From the NCBI GenBank assembly GCA_964486045.1, contig CAZALK010000009.1:128001-192000 (forward strand): a DNA stretch of 64,000 nucleotides, given 5' to 3'. The notes under the pieces were generated by a model, which saw only the letters and a program-made list of their open reading frames with translations, did not search any database and was not told where the DNA came from. The DNA is from an uncultured archaeon. GTDB lineage: Archaea > Asgardarchaeota > Lokiarchaeia > Sigyniarchaeales > SOKP01. Positions 51,109-61,242 of this stretch are shown in pieces (the stretch's first letter is position 1; the number at the start of each line of letters is the position of its first letter). The position numbers and the translations under genes are program-made.

Positions 51109-52575
51109 TTGAAAGATGTAATTATTAACGATCAATGGATTTTAAATCGAGTCTCTTCTCAGAGTAATAGTTTTAGCTCTTGGATTAAAAATATTTTAAA
51201 AAGTGTAGATAAATTTCTTGGTGAAGCCCCACCTGAAGTTCTTAGTGAACTTAAAAAAAAAAAGGACTTTACTTCTTTAAAGGATTTAGATATGAATTTG
51301 TCAAAAGCAGAGAAAGCACTGACAAATTCTGGACTTTTCGGAAAAAAGGCTTTTGGTTTTGGGATGAAAATTCTTAATTCGATAAAAAAGCCCATTCAAA
51401 AAGATCTTAAGGATGTGTTTCAAGATTTAGACTTTGATTTTGATTTTTTAACCGGGAAACGAAAAAACTTATCTTCTACTCTTTATGATGTCTCTAAGGA
51501 ACGAGGCATCGATTCAGAGGGACTATTATATCTCATTCAAGCATTACCTGATCTTGAGACATTTCTATACAGTACAAGTGTGAAAAATTTTTACCGAGAT
51601 CACACTGAACATGCACTTCGTGTGGCTGTATTAGGAGATTTCATTTTAGAACAAGATCTTGGAAATGGATCTTTAGAAGGGATTATTTCTGAATTAACAG
51701 GAATAGATAAGAAATTATTAAAAGAAAAATTCTGGTGGATCGTTGGCCTGCTTCATGATATTGGGTACCCGTTAGGAAAAATGACAACAGCTGTGAACTA
51801 TTCATTAGTTAATCAGTTATTAAAATGCTATCCAACTTTAGATTTGGAATTTACTCCCTTCGAAATTAATTTAGCTTGGAAGGGGAGTCAAAAAGAATAT
51901 TTAGAAATCATTGAAGAAGGTCTTTCAAAAGAAGCTAAGGAGTTAATAAGACAAGGAGCAGGATATTACAACCAAGAGATCTCAAAACATGATTTACAAT
52001 TATTTCTAAAGAAACCAGAGGGACATCCAGAATATAAATTTAATAGTTCTATCAAATTGGATCATGGAGTGATTTCTGCACTTTCTCTTTTGAGAGGATT
52101 GGGAACTCCTGAAGAAATAACAAGCAATGATAAGTATGAGAGTTATATTATTGCAGCAAAATCTATTGCGTTACATAATTTTAAAACTAAACTCAAAGAT
52201 TATGTTTTTGATACACAACCCTTAGCTTTTTTCTTAATGTTTATTGATGATATGCAAGAATGGGGAAGACCTATCCCTATTCAAATACGAGACATGTATT
52301 TTACTACTGAATTGAAAAAAGTAAACTTATTAGAGGAAATTTCCTTAAACTTAGATGAATTTACTTGGTTAATGCAATTTAAAAATCAACAAGCTAAAAA
52401 GCTTATGAAGTTTGATTTTAAACTTTTTTCAAATGAAAAGAAAAAAAATTTTGGAAGGTTAAGTAGTGGAATAAATTTCCCAAAAACAACAATTAATCTT
52501 CAGGATATAAAAATATCAAATCAAAAAAGTAAAAATAAGGAAGAAATTTTAGCTTATGACACAATTACAATATGA
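51109..52575 (+). CDS. HD-superfamily phosphohydrolase
   Basis: RDHTEHALRV, LLHDIGY, DHG, IALHN, IDDMQEWGR. Confidence 0.8.
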   Translation: MKDVIINDQWILNRVSSQSNSFSSWIKNILKSVDKFLGEAPPEVLSELKKKKDFTSLKDLDMNLSKAEKALTNSGLFGKKAFGFGMKILNSIKKPIQKDLKDVFQDLDFDFDFLTGKRKNLSSTLYDVSKERGIDSEGLLYLIQALPDLETFLYSTSVKNFYRDHTEHALRVAVLGDFILEQDLGNGSLEGIISELTGIDKKLLKEKFWWIVGLLHDIGYPLGKMTTAVNYSLVNQLLKCYPTLDLEFTPFEINLAWKGSQKEYLEIIEEGLSKEAKELIRQGAGYYNQEISKHDLQLFLKKPEGHPEYKFNSSIKLDHGVISALSLLRGLGTPEEITSNDKYESYIIAAKSIALHNFKTKLKDYVFDTQPLAFFLMFIDDMQEWGRPIPIQIRDMYFTTELKKVNLLEEISLNLDEFTWLMQFKNQQAKKLMKFDFKLFSNEKKKNFGRLSSGINFPKTTINLQDIKISNQKSKNKEEILAYDTITI

Positions 52576-52585
52576 TAGGTTATAA

Positions 52586-52870
52586 ATCATAGAGGAACTT
52601 AAAGATAAGGGTCATAAAATTTATCATGCTATTTTTGAAAATAAAAAATCTGTTGAAATTGACGAAATCGAGTATCCGATAAAAAAATTCTCAAGGGGCA
52701 TCAAATATGTAGACCTGTTTGGATATAGATATATTGAACAGAATCGGAATAAGAAATCTGAATGGGGCAAAAAAGCACGAGAAGGCCATAAAATCATGTG
52801 GATAATAAAAGGAAGAAAGTATATGGTAAGAATTATGGATGGGGAATATATCGATTTAAAAAAAGGTTAA
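52586..52870 (+). CDS. Hypothetical protein (94 aa) with apparent non-canonical ATC/ATA start
   Basis: Open frame IIEELKDKGHKIYHAIF..YIEQNRNKKSEWGKKAREGHKIMW..; no ATG/GTG/TTG until codon 71. Confidence 0.6.
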   Translation: MIEELKDKGHKIYHAIFENKKSVEIDEIEYPIKKFSRGIKYVDLFGYRYIEQNRNKKSEWGKKAREGHKIMWIIKGRKYMVRIMDGEYIDLKKG

Positions 52871-53200
52871 AAAAAATTATATAATTAATTATTTATCGTT
52901 TTCTTCTCTTAATACTCACTTCTAATAATTTTATAAAGTTTTCTGTGGTGTCAAGTATTTAATTTCAAAAATTGGAACCCATTTAATTTTTAATTATTCT
53001 TCTACACCTTTTTAATATGAGAAAAAAAATAGAAGAGGATTTAATTATAATAAGAAATCCGTTTCTTGCATTTAAGCATGAAAAAAATTAGTTATATTTA
53101 CGCTTATTTTTTCCATTTCTTTTTTTTTTTATCGTATTTTTTTTATTATGAATATGATTTATATTAGTTAGAGAAGAATTATACTACTTTGAAATTAATT

Positions 53201-53911
53201 ATGGAATCAAAAAAAGATATCAAAATTAAACCTAAATCTTCAAATATAACAAAAATTATTTTCCAAGATGCCTGTAATACCGAGGACTTCAATGCAAAAT
53301 CTGGTGCCTCTCTTTCAAAAGAGGAAAATTCTATTAGACATTACATCTTAGCTCAAACACCGATTTTGGGAAGAATTCCTGCAATAAATGAGATACAAGG
53401 AAATTTTCGGTATATTCGTGAGGATGAATTTAGGAAGATAATAAATCGATTAGATGAAGTTGATGCTATCCATCTAAATGAGACTAAAACGTTGATTGAA
53501 GCGGCTTACCCATTTTCTGGCCCTAAAACAAATCATGTAATTAAATTCAAAAAAGATTCATTTAAGAGAATTTATGCAATGTGTGCTATAGATGCCTTAG
53601 GTATACCCTTTATGGTAAAGAGTGATATTGACATCCACTCAAAATGTTTTCACTGTAATGATGAGATTAATATTGAAATAATAAATTATGAAATTACTTC
53701 GGTGATGCCAAGAGATCTTGTAGTATGGGGACACATGGACTACTCATGTTGTGCAGCAACTTCATTATGCAATAATATCAATTTTTTTTCATCTAAACAA
53801 CATTTCGAGGAGTGGGAGAAAAGGGTAGGCAAAAAGAAAGGATATATTTTAAAAATTCAAGAAGCTTTTTATTTAGGAAAACTATTTTTTGAAAAACGGT
53901 TAAGCACTTGA
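53201..53911 (+). CDS. Organomercurial lyase (MerB) family protein
   Basis: AAYPFS, YAMCAIDALG, SKCFHC, LCNNINFF. Confidence 0.8.
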   Translation: MESKKDIKIKPKSSNITKIIFQDACNTEDFNAKSGASLSKEENSIRHYILAQTPILGRIPAINEIQGNFRYIREDEFRKIINRLDEVDAIHLNETKTLIEAAYPFSGPKTNHVIKFKKDSFKRIYAMCAIDALGIPFMVKSDIDIHSKCFHCNDEINIEIINYEITSVMPRDLVVWGHMDYSCCAATSLCNNINFFSSKQHFEEWEKRVGKKKGYILKIQEAFYLGKLFFEKRLST

Positions 53912-53914
53912 TAT

Positions 53915-54519
53915 CTACAATCTTTTTTCATTTGAATTTTCTAGAATTAATTCCAGATATGATTTCTTAATTGAATTTTCTTTATTAAAGCCAAATATGC
54001 CTAAAAATTCAAATAATATTTCACGAGATTCTTCTATTTCTCCCTTCGAATCTGATAAATATTCAACTTCAACGAAATATTGTCTTAAAGCGGGTAAAAA
54101 GTCAATAAGCGCCTCAATTTTGTAATTTTTGTATTGAAATTGGAAAAGATCTCTATCTTTTTTTACAGTTAAGACTTCTTGAAAACCCAATATCTCGAAT
54201 ATTTCTTTCATTTTATCAATATTCTCAATTTTAATTTCAATCTCTTCACGACTTTTCGTTATTGTGTCAAATTTTTTTCCTTTAATGTCAAAAAATAATC
54301 CGTTTTAACATCTTCTTTGATAATATTTTTATCAAATTTGGTAGATTTTCTGAGTCTTAAAGCTTCATCGGTCTGTTTGAAATCTCTTAAGACTTTTGGC
54401 ATATTATAGTATGTATCTTCATGAGTCAAGGAAAATTTATAGGAACCTTGATTTGACTCAAACTTTTTTCTCATTAATATCGGATCAGAAATTTTTATCT
54501 TAATTTCTACTTCAATCAT
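53915..54519 (-). pseudogene. cyaB: Class IV adenylate cyclase (CYTH) with a one-base frameshift near 54285
   Basis: MIEVEIKIK, HEDTYY, ALRLR in one frame; KGKKFDTITKSREEIE..VKKDR..FVEVE..KSYLEL in the -1 frame. Confidence 0.8.
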
Positions 54520-54664
54520 TAACTAATTCTACTTTCCTCTGATAACAGTTATAATCTATTATTTTTTATTAAGTATTAATAGTTGTAAATAAAGCTGATA
54601 TTTTATCTCTCAAAATCAAAATCTAGCTCAAAATCTTGCGCAGGAATATGGGTATTTACCCTAT

Positions 54665-55573
54665 ATGATTGAAAAGTATTTAAAGTTCTTAGGGATAGAT
54701 GATACCATTAAGTTACTAGTAGCAAATGAAAAACCATTAACTCCTTCCATTAGAGTAAATACTCTTAAAATTAAAACCAGTGAATTGCAAAAACGCCTAG
54801 AACAAAAAGGATTTGAATTAGAGTCGATTAATTGGGTTTCTTATGCATTCAAAATCCTAAAAAAAACTTACAATATCGGATCTCTTCATGAATACTTACA
54901 AGGTTATTTCTATCTGCAAAATGTTGCTTCTATGCTTCCACCAATTATTCTTAACCCTAAATCAAATGATGTTGTAATCGATATGTGTGCGGCCCCAGGA
55001 GGAAAAGCTACCCATTTATCTCAACTAATGAACAACAAAGGAAATTTAATTTTGATTGAAAGAAATAAAAATAGGATTCCTGCTTTGGAAGTTAATCTGC
55101 GTAGAATGGGGGTTACAAATTCAACTGTACTAAATTATGATGCTATAAATCTATCAAATTTAAAGATAAAAGCAGACAAAATTTTATTAGATGCTCCATG
55201 CACTGGTGAAGGTTTGATTAGACAAGATGTTAGTAGGAAAAAAAGCAAGAAATTGAGTGATATTGAAAAAATGTCTTCGATTCAAAAGAAGTTGCTGAAA
55301 TCAGGTCTAAATGCTTTAAAACCGAAAGGCGAACTACTTTATAGCACATGTTCTATTGCTCCTGAAGAAAACGAGTTTGTCATTCATGAGGTGTTAGAAG
55401 AACGAACCGATGTTGAAATTAGCAAAATATCCGAGTCTTATGGTTTGGAAGGGCTAACGGAAGTATATGGAAAATCGCTTAGAGCCAATTTAAAATATGC
55501 TCATAGATTCTATCCACAAATTCATGACACAATTGGATTCTTTATTTGCTTTATTAGAAAATTGAATAAGTAA
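54665..55573 (+). CDS. RsmB/NOP2 family RNA m5C methyltransferase
   Basis: RVNTLK, DMCAAPGGK, LLDAPCTG, YSTCS..EENE; frame is open upstream to about 54599. Confidence 0.93.
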   Translation: MIEKYLKFLGIDDTIKLLVANEKPLTPSIRVNTLKIKTSELQKRLEQKGFELESINWVSYAFKILKKTYNIGSLHEYLQGYFYLQNVASMLPPIILNPKSNDVVIDMCAAPGGKATHLSQLMNNKGNLILIERNKNRIPALEVNLRRMGVTNSTVLNYDAINLSNLKIKADKILLDAPCTGEGLIRQDVSRKKSKKLSDIEKMSSIQKKLLKSGLNALKPKGELLYSTCSIAPEENEFVIHEVLEERTDVEISKISESYGLEGLTEVYGKSLRANLKYAHRFYPQIHDTIGFFICFIRKLNK

Positions 55574-55601
55574 ACTCTATTTAGGAGAATTTTTTTATTA
55601 A

Positions 55602-56231
55602 CTATTGAGCTTTTCTTAAATATTTGCCTTTATCACTTATATTTATGGCGATATTATCTTTGGGTTTTAAAGTATGGATTATTTTTTCATCACATTGCGA
55701 CTGACAAATCCCTACTATTTCATTAAAATTATTTAGTACTAGCAGAATATCTCTTTTCTTTAAATTTTGAGGAACCTTAACAATCATATTCCTTGAAATA
55801 TTATTTCCATACAGAAATGATTTTTCCCCCTTATTATTGAGAAATAGTTGTTGAAATTCAGGAAATATCTTTTTCTCATGTAAAAATTCAGCTCCTTCTA
55901 GACTTAAATAAAATTTCACTTTCTTGATAAAGCCAAAATATAGCCCTACTGAATGGATTATGTTTTTATCGTTTATTAGCTCCACGATTCCTTTTTGTCC
56001 TTTTTCTATTAGAAAAATCAATGGATAGTTATTCTTGGAATCGTTTTCTTTAAATGAAATATATAAGAAATATTGAAGATCATATAGCATTTGTAAGATT
56101 TTACTAGAAATGGTTGATTGCGATTGAAGTATAATTTTTTTTTCAAAAGAATTAATCTCTCTGAAATTTTCTAAATCATTCATTTTTAATTGAAATGGAA
56201 AGAAATAAGAATTTTTATAATTATTAGTCAT
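55602..56231 (-). CDS. Nip7-like PUA-domain ribosome biogenesis protein
   Basis: GLYFG..FYLSLEG, EKSFLYGNNI, D.GKYLR at the C-terminus. Confidence 0.75.
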   Translation of the reverse strand: MTNNYKNSYFFPFQLKMNDLENFREINSFEKKIILQSQSTISSKILQMLYDLQYFLYISFKENDSKNNYPLIFLIEKGQKGIVELINDKNIIHSVGLYFGFIKKVKFYLSLEGAEFLHEKKIFPEFQQLFLNNKGEKSFLYGNNISRNMIVKVPQNLKKRDILLVLNNFNEIVGICQSQCDEKIIHTLKPKDNIAINISDKGKYLRKAQ

Positions 56232-56262
56232 TAAAGGTATTAAAAAATAGTGCTATCTAAAA

Positions 56263-56976
56263 ATGGGCATTCGAAAAATAGAAGATGAAATTGATTTAAA
56301 AGAGGCCATGAAAAAGAAGGCTGCTGAATTGCAAATGAAGGAAATGCAAGCAAAAGCTTCTGTTGAAAAATTTACTAAAGATCGATTACGAGAGCTTGCG
56401 AAGAAACATGGGGTTCTATTAGCTTTAACCCCTGAATTAAGAGAAGAAGTAAAAGAATTACAAAAAAAATACAATATTCCCTCTTCTAAAATAATAACTG
56501 AACAGATTACGGAGCATGATGTTCTAAAAAAATTTTCTAAAATTGATCACCAAAAGCTAGGAATGCTGGCATACCAAAGAGTATTGATGAGCAAAGAAGA
56601 GACTGGAGGAATTGTACCATTGTCTGAGGTATTTGAACTAGTTAATACTGGTATTTTAAAAGGGAATGTTCAAATTAAGGATGTCAAAAAAGCACTAAAG
56701 ATATTAAAGAAAACAAGAGTTATTGACGACCTTACAGAATTGGATTCCGGCGTTATAATGGTTCGTTTTTTCCCTATTCAATATACGGGAGATGAGACCA
56801 AAGTTGTTGAATTAGCTAAAGAAAAGGGATTCCTTACCATGGAAAATGTATGTATTAAGTTGAGCTGGTCCCAAAATCGCGCCTTTCGAGCTTTAGAATC
56901 CCTTGAAAAAAGTGGAATAGCAAAATTTAGAGAAAATATCTTAACAGGGAAGCAATGGTTTTTCCCATCAATTTAG
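56263..56976 (+). CDS. ESCRT-II Vps22/Vps36-like (EAP30 domain) protein
   Basis: MGIRKIE, TGGIVPLSEV, winged-helix W..RA..ALE.L...G, WFFPS; located in the ESCRT cluster. Confidence 0.85.
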   Translation: MGIRKIEDEIDLKEAMKKKAAELQMKEMQAKASVEKFTKDRLRELAKKHGVLLALTPELREEVKELQKKYNIPSSKIITEQITEHDVLKKFSKIDHQKLGMLAYQRVLMSKEETGGIVPLSEVFELVNTGILKGNVQIKDVKKALKILKKTRVIDDLTELDSGVIMVRFFPIQYTGDETKVVELAKEKGFLTMENVCIKLSWSQNRAFRALESLEKSGIAKFRENILTGKQWFFPSI

Positions 56977-56986
56977 AATGAAATAT

Positions 56987-57925
56987 TTACTCCAATATAA
57001 TTTTCAAGGCTAATTGTCCATTGTCTAATTTAAGGACCTTAGCTCTACGATTTTTTGCCAAAATTTTAAAAATTGTTTCTAAATCCTCTAAAGGGAGATT
57101 AGAAAAATCCTCATCTTTAGCTTCTCTAAGTTCAAAAATCATGACAGGTTCTATTTTCCCATTATCATAAGCCCATCTATATATCTCATCTGACCATACT
57201 TCAAGGGTTTTCCAATATACTCTTAATTTATCTTTCTTTTTAGAGAGCCATTTGGCTTGTTTTTGATCAATTAGCTCTTCTGCTATTTCAATTATATATT
57301 GTTCTCTATTAGTAAAATCAGAAAAAGGCTTATGAGAATTTAATTCTCTAATATATATAATATGGAGAACTGCAAATCGAGCATAATCAAAAAGAATTTT
57401 TGCCCATTCTGTTTTCCAAGAAGTATAATCACTTTTATGTTTATTCCTATCAGGCATAGCATACATAAATTTTTTACGTTCTTCTTGTAACCAGGGGTAA
57501 GCAGTTAACAATTCCTCATAAGATGTTAATTTCTTTTGAATTAAACCTTTTTCTCCTATAATTTCTTTCTCAAGCTCTTGAAGTTCTGCTTCTATTTGCT
57601 CTGCGTGCGCTTTATAAATTTTACTATCAATGTCTCCTACTTGAGAATTCAAAATATTTTCAAGTTTGTCAAATTCTTCTTCAATATGGCTTAAGTCAGC
57701 TATTTTTAAGTCTTCTTCATTAATTATGTGCTTTTGGGCAGCTTCTTTTTCTAATTGTTCTTTTTCCTTCTTAATTTCTCTTAATCTTGAAAGTTCTTTC
57801 TTTAATGCTTCTAATTCCTTTTCAGCTTTTTCTTTGGTTTCTTTAGGTTTTTCTTCTGATCTCTCTCTTTGTCGCTCCATCTTTCTCTTTTCTCTTTCTG
57901 TTATTCTCCGAACTCTTGTGCCCAT
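56987..57925 (-). CDS. ESCRT-II Vps25-like protein with N-terminal coiled coil
   Basis: W...W..I, YWKTLEVWSDEIY.W, tandem winged helices; overlaps the vps4 3' end. Confidence 0.8.
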   Translation of the reverse strand: MGTRVRRITEREKRKMERQRERSEEKPKETKEKAEKELEALKKELSRLREIKKEKEQLEKEAAQKHIINEEDLKIADLSHIEEEFDKLENILNSQVGDIDSKIYKAHAEQIEAELQELEKEIIGEKGLIQKKLTSYEELLTAYPWLQEERKKFMYAMPDRNKHKSDYTSWKTEWAKILFDYARFAVLHIIYIRELNSHKPFSDFTNREQYIIEIAEELIDQKQAKWLSKKKDKLRVYWKTLEVWSDEIYRWAYDNGKIEPVMIFELREAKDEDFSNLPLEDLETIFKILAKNRRAKVLKLDNGQLALKIILE

Positions 57926-59109
57926 TCATTATATTGCTTCATTAGCGCTTTATTCGTCATTGGTTTGACTTTTTTAAGTGTGGTTTTGAAATCATTTAAA
58001 GTAATATCTCTTACTTTTACTTCCTGCTCAGAATTCTCTAAAAGCCCACCCATGTCTAATTCGCGAATAGGCAACATGATGACTTCACGACAAACATTTG
58101 CTATATCTCTTCCAGAATATCCATCGGATCTGACGGCTAATTCAATAAAGTCTTCATCTGTTAGATCAGTATTTATCCCTTCAGTGTGAATCTTAAAAAT
58201 TCCTGTTCTTGCCTTTATATCTGGAAGAGGAACATGGACTCTTTTTTCAAATCTGCTTAGCATTGCATTATCGATGTCCCAGGGACGATTTGTTGCACCT
58301 AAAACCAATAATGGCTTACCGTGAGTAGATTTTAATCCTTGAATCTCACTTAAAAGTTGAGTTTTTACTCTTCTCTCACCTCCGCTTTCAGAACCTTCTC
58401 CCCTTCTTGTTGCTACTGAATCTATTTCATCCATGAATATAAGACTCGGTGCTTTTAATCGTGCAATTTTAAATAGTGCACTGATCAATTTCTCGCTTTC
58501 TCCTAACCATTTACTTAACAAATCAGCAGAAGAAGCACTAAAAAAAGTAGCTTGACATTCAGTTGCAGCTGCTTTTGCTAATAATGTCTTACCACATCCA
58601 GGAGGACCGAAAAGTAGTATTCCTGACCAGGGTCTTCTGGCACCCGTGAATAATTCTGGTTTTGCGATTGGTAAAACTATAGCTTCTCTTAGAGCTTGCT
58701 TAACATTTCCTAATCCTGCAATATCTTCCCAATTTACCTTAGGTGATTCCGTTACTATCGTCCCGGATATCATATCAATAAGTTCTTGTTCCTCTGAAGA
58801 AACACCACTAGTTTCAGAGGAAGAATCATTGCCTCCTCTAGCAGTATCAATTGGCTGTCCCCTCCTCGCTCTTGGTCCACCAAGGTGAGATTTCAGTGCT
58901 TTTGCTCGTTCAACATATTCTTCGATATTTTTTTGACACAACATTCTCATTTGGGGATTCTTATTAAACTTAATAAATTGCATGAGAATTTCTGCTGCTC
59001 GTTGGTACTGATTGATTGCTTGCCTGTATTTCCCTTCATTATCTAAAGCAACTGCTTCCTTTGCGGTTGTAACAGCGTACTGATAAAGCTTACTATCAAC
59101 ACTAGACAT
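57901..59109 (-). CDS. vps4: Vps4-like AAA ATPase with MIT domain
   Basis: MIT (A...D..G.Y..A...Y), GPPGCGKT, SKWLGESEK, FMDEID, RRVKTQLL, ATNRPW. Confidence 0.93.
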   Translation of the reverse strand: MSSVDSKLYQYAVTTAKEAVALDNEGKYRQAINQYQRAAEILMQFIKFNKNPQMRMLCQKNIEEYVERAKALKSHLGGPRARRGQPIDTARGGNDSSSETSGVSSEEQELIDMISGTIVTESPKVNWEDIAGLGNVKQALREAIVLPIAKPELFTGARRPWSGILLFGPPGCGKTLLAKAAATECQATFFSASSADLLSKWLGESEKLISALFKIARLKAPSLIFMDEIDSVATRRGEGSESGGERRVKTQLLSEIQGLKSTHGKPLLVLGATNRPWDIDNAMLSRFEKRVHVPLPDIKARTGIFKIHTEGINTDLTDEDFIELAVRSDGYSGRDIANVCREVIMLPIRELDMGGLLENSEQEVKVRDITLNDFKTTLKKVKPMTNKALMKQYNEWAQEFGE

Positions 59110-59321
59110 GCCAAATTTAACCTTTAAGAATTAATTATCTATCTTATAAAATTTTTAATATATATAGCTAATGTAAATAAACATTCTGTATAATTAATAT
59201 TTGTATCTGTATATATCAAATTTACTCTTTAAACAAACGAGAATAAAGATTGGTCTCCAAAAAATTAAATACTCATCATAGCATTTATATATTATATAAT
59301 AACCAATAATTTTTGATAAAT

Positions 59322-59951
59322 ATGGGTTTTCTTAAGGATATCTCAAAATGGCTCTCTGGTGGTGGAAAGAAAACTGATTCAGTTCGTTCTGCTTCAATTA
59401 AATTAAAAGTTTTTAATAAAAGATTGATGCGACAGGTGAAAAAATTAGAAATTAGTGGAAAAATCGCAAGAGATAAGGCTGTGAACCTGCGGAGACAAGG
59501 TGATATGGATAGTTCTAAGTTCCACGCTCGTAATTTTTTACAAATACGGAAGCAAAGCAGAGCAGTGGAGATGTTCCGCACTAATTTAGAAGGATTACAA
59601 TTTAAATTAGACCAAGCAAATGCAGTTAAAGATGTTTCCCAAATCATGACGGGAATTGCCCAATCTCTCTCAGTTTTAAAAAATCAGTTCTCTATTCCTC
59701 AAATCCAAGAAGTCATGAGTCAGATCGACATTGATATGGAAGATTTTGCCGTTACCGCTGATATCGCTACAGAGGGCATGGAAAATATCACTATTGATAC
59801 TGCTGTTACTGATACGGATGTTACCGATGTTTTAGGAGAAATAGATGCAGAAATCCAGGTAGAGATGGGTGCTGCTTTGCCCAGTGCTGCATCTGATGAA
59901 AAGATTGCTGAATTAGAGAAAGAGTTGAATCGACTTAAATCGGATGAATAA
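59322..59951 (+). CDS. ESCRT-III Vps2/24/46-like (Snf7 family) protein
   Basis: Basic N-terminal helical hairpin, acidic C-terminal half, terminal MIM1-like ELEKELNRLK; divergent from vps4. Confidence 0.88.
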   Translation: MGFLKDISKWLSGGGKKTDSVRSASIKLKVFNKRLMRQVKKLEISGKIARDKAVNLRRQGDMDSSKFHARNFLQIRKQSRAVEMFRTNLEGLQFKLDQANAVKDVSQIMTGIAQSLSVLKNQFSIPQIQEVMSQIDIDMEDFAVTADIATEGMENITIDTAVTDTDVTDVLGEIDAEIQVEMGAALPSAASDEKIAELEKELNRLKSDE

Positions 59952-60047
59952 AATTAATTATCCCTAAAGAACCACTCTTAGCAAAATTATTAAAAGACTT
60001 CTTTCTATTTTTAAAGTATTCTATAAATCAAAAATTACATTTTTCAA

Positions 60048-61073
60048 GTGAATGTTTTGAGTTTTCCAGAATTAATCACGATTGGGAGTAACACTTTAGA
60101 TATTTTAATTCAGATTGATGATATATTACGCTTTGAATTGTTTGATAAAGATATAATAAAAAAATATACCGCTATTGAATATTCTCGAAAATTAAACGTT
60201 AAAGATGTAAGATTTGTTCCTGGTGGATCAGGAGCAAATATTGCAGCTAATTGTTCGATGTTGGGATTAAGTAGCACATATATTGGTGTTATGGGCAATG
60301 ACTTTTCCGCGGGTATATGTTTAACAGATCTTGAAAAACGAGGTGTAGATCTATCCCAGGTTATTCAAACCGATGAAGATTGTACAGCCATCTCAATAAT
60401 ATTAAGGACTCAATGGGGTAAAGATAGAAGTATTCTTGCTTACAAAGGGGCAAATAACTTGCTAAAACCATCAGATGTGAAAGAAGAATTATTTAAGAAT
60501 ATTAAAGCGTTCGCTTGGACATCTTTGACTACTGATGAGAGTTGTAAAGCTATTGAGAAAGCAATTAATCTAACAAAAGCTAACAACGGAATTATTTTCG
60601 CCGCACCCAGTATGTCAATAATAAAAAATGCAACAGAATGGGCAAAAATTCTAATTTCTAAGTCTGATGTGGTTTCATTGAATTTAGAAGAAGCCCAAGA
60701 ATTTACAGGAGAAAATAAGAAAACTCTAATGATTAAAAATTTCTTAGATATGGGTGTGAAACTAATCTCTATTACTGATGGTCCTAATGGTTCAATCATT
60801 TCAGATGGTCATACAATAATAAATAGTGGAGTTTATAGTGCAGGAAAGGAAGTGCAGGATACAACTGGGGCTGGAGATGCTTTTTTAACGGGAATATTAA
60901 TATCTCATCTAAATAACTTCTCAATTGAAAAAACATCAAAGTATGCTACCGCGATGTCTTACTTAGAATGTAGAGAAATTGGGGTTCGTGAGGGGTTACC
61001 AACCAGTCTTGGAGAATTGGAGGGCTTTATTGCTAATAATTCCATAAAGCAAGTTATATCGGAAATTATATAA
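60048..61073 (+). CDS. PfkB family carbohydrate kinase
   Basis: PGGSGAN, NLEEA, TDGPNG, DTTGAGDAF. Confidence 0.92.
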   Translation: MNVLSFPELITIGSNTLDILIQIDDILRFELFDKDIIKKYTAIEYSRKLNVKDVRFVPGGSGANIAANCSMLGLSSTYIGVMGNDFSAGICLTDLEKRGVDLSQVIQTDEDCTAISIILRTQWGKDRSILAYKGANNLLKPSDVKEELFKNIKAFAWTSLTTDESCKAIEKAINLTKANNGIIFAAPSMSIIKNATEWAKILISKSDVVSLNLEEAQEFTGENKKTLMIKNFLDMGVKLISITDGPNGSIISDGHTIINSGVYSAGKEVQDTTGAGDAFLTGILISHLNNFSIEKTSKYATAMSYLECREIGVREGLPTSLGELEGFIANNSIKQVISEII

Positions 61074-61140
61074 TAATTGGTGTACTACTTCTAAAAGCAA
61101 TAGGTTTTAATTTTTTAAATTATTATTATTATCAATTTAT

Positions 61141-61242
61141 GCGCTCTTAGTATAGTGGTTATTATGCTGGCTTGCCAAGTCAGCGGCCCGGGTTCAATTC
61201 TTGGAATCAATTAGATTCCTCGTGGATATCCCGGAGGGCGCA
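61141..61242 (+). tRNA. tRNA-Gly(GCC) with 30-nt BHB intron in the T-loop (61199-61228)
   Basis: Acceptor GCGCTCT/AGGGCGC, anticodon arm CTGGC-TTGCCAA-GTCAG, T-stem CCGGG/CCCGG; BHB central helix TTCA/TGGA with bulges ATT and TAT; 72 nt mature. Confidence 0.93.

Noticed and set aside
53189-53911. Mercury-resistance operon
   Set aside because: Only a MerB-family gene is present; no merA, merR or merT nearby.
54259-54300. Second BHB mRNA intron at the cyaB break
   Set aside because: The break is a missing base, not an insertion, and no BHB fold is present.
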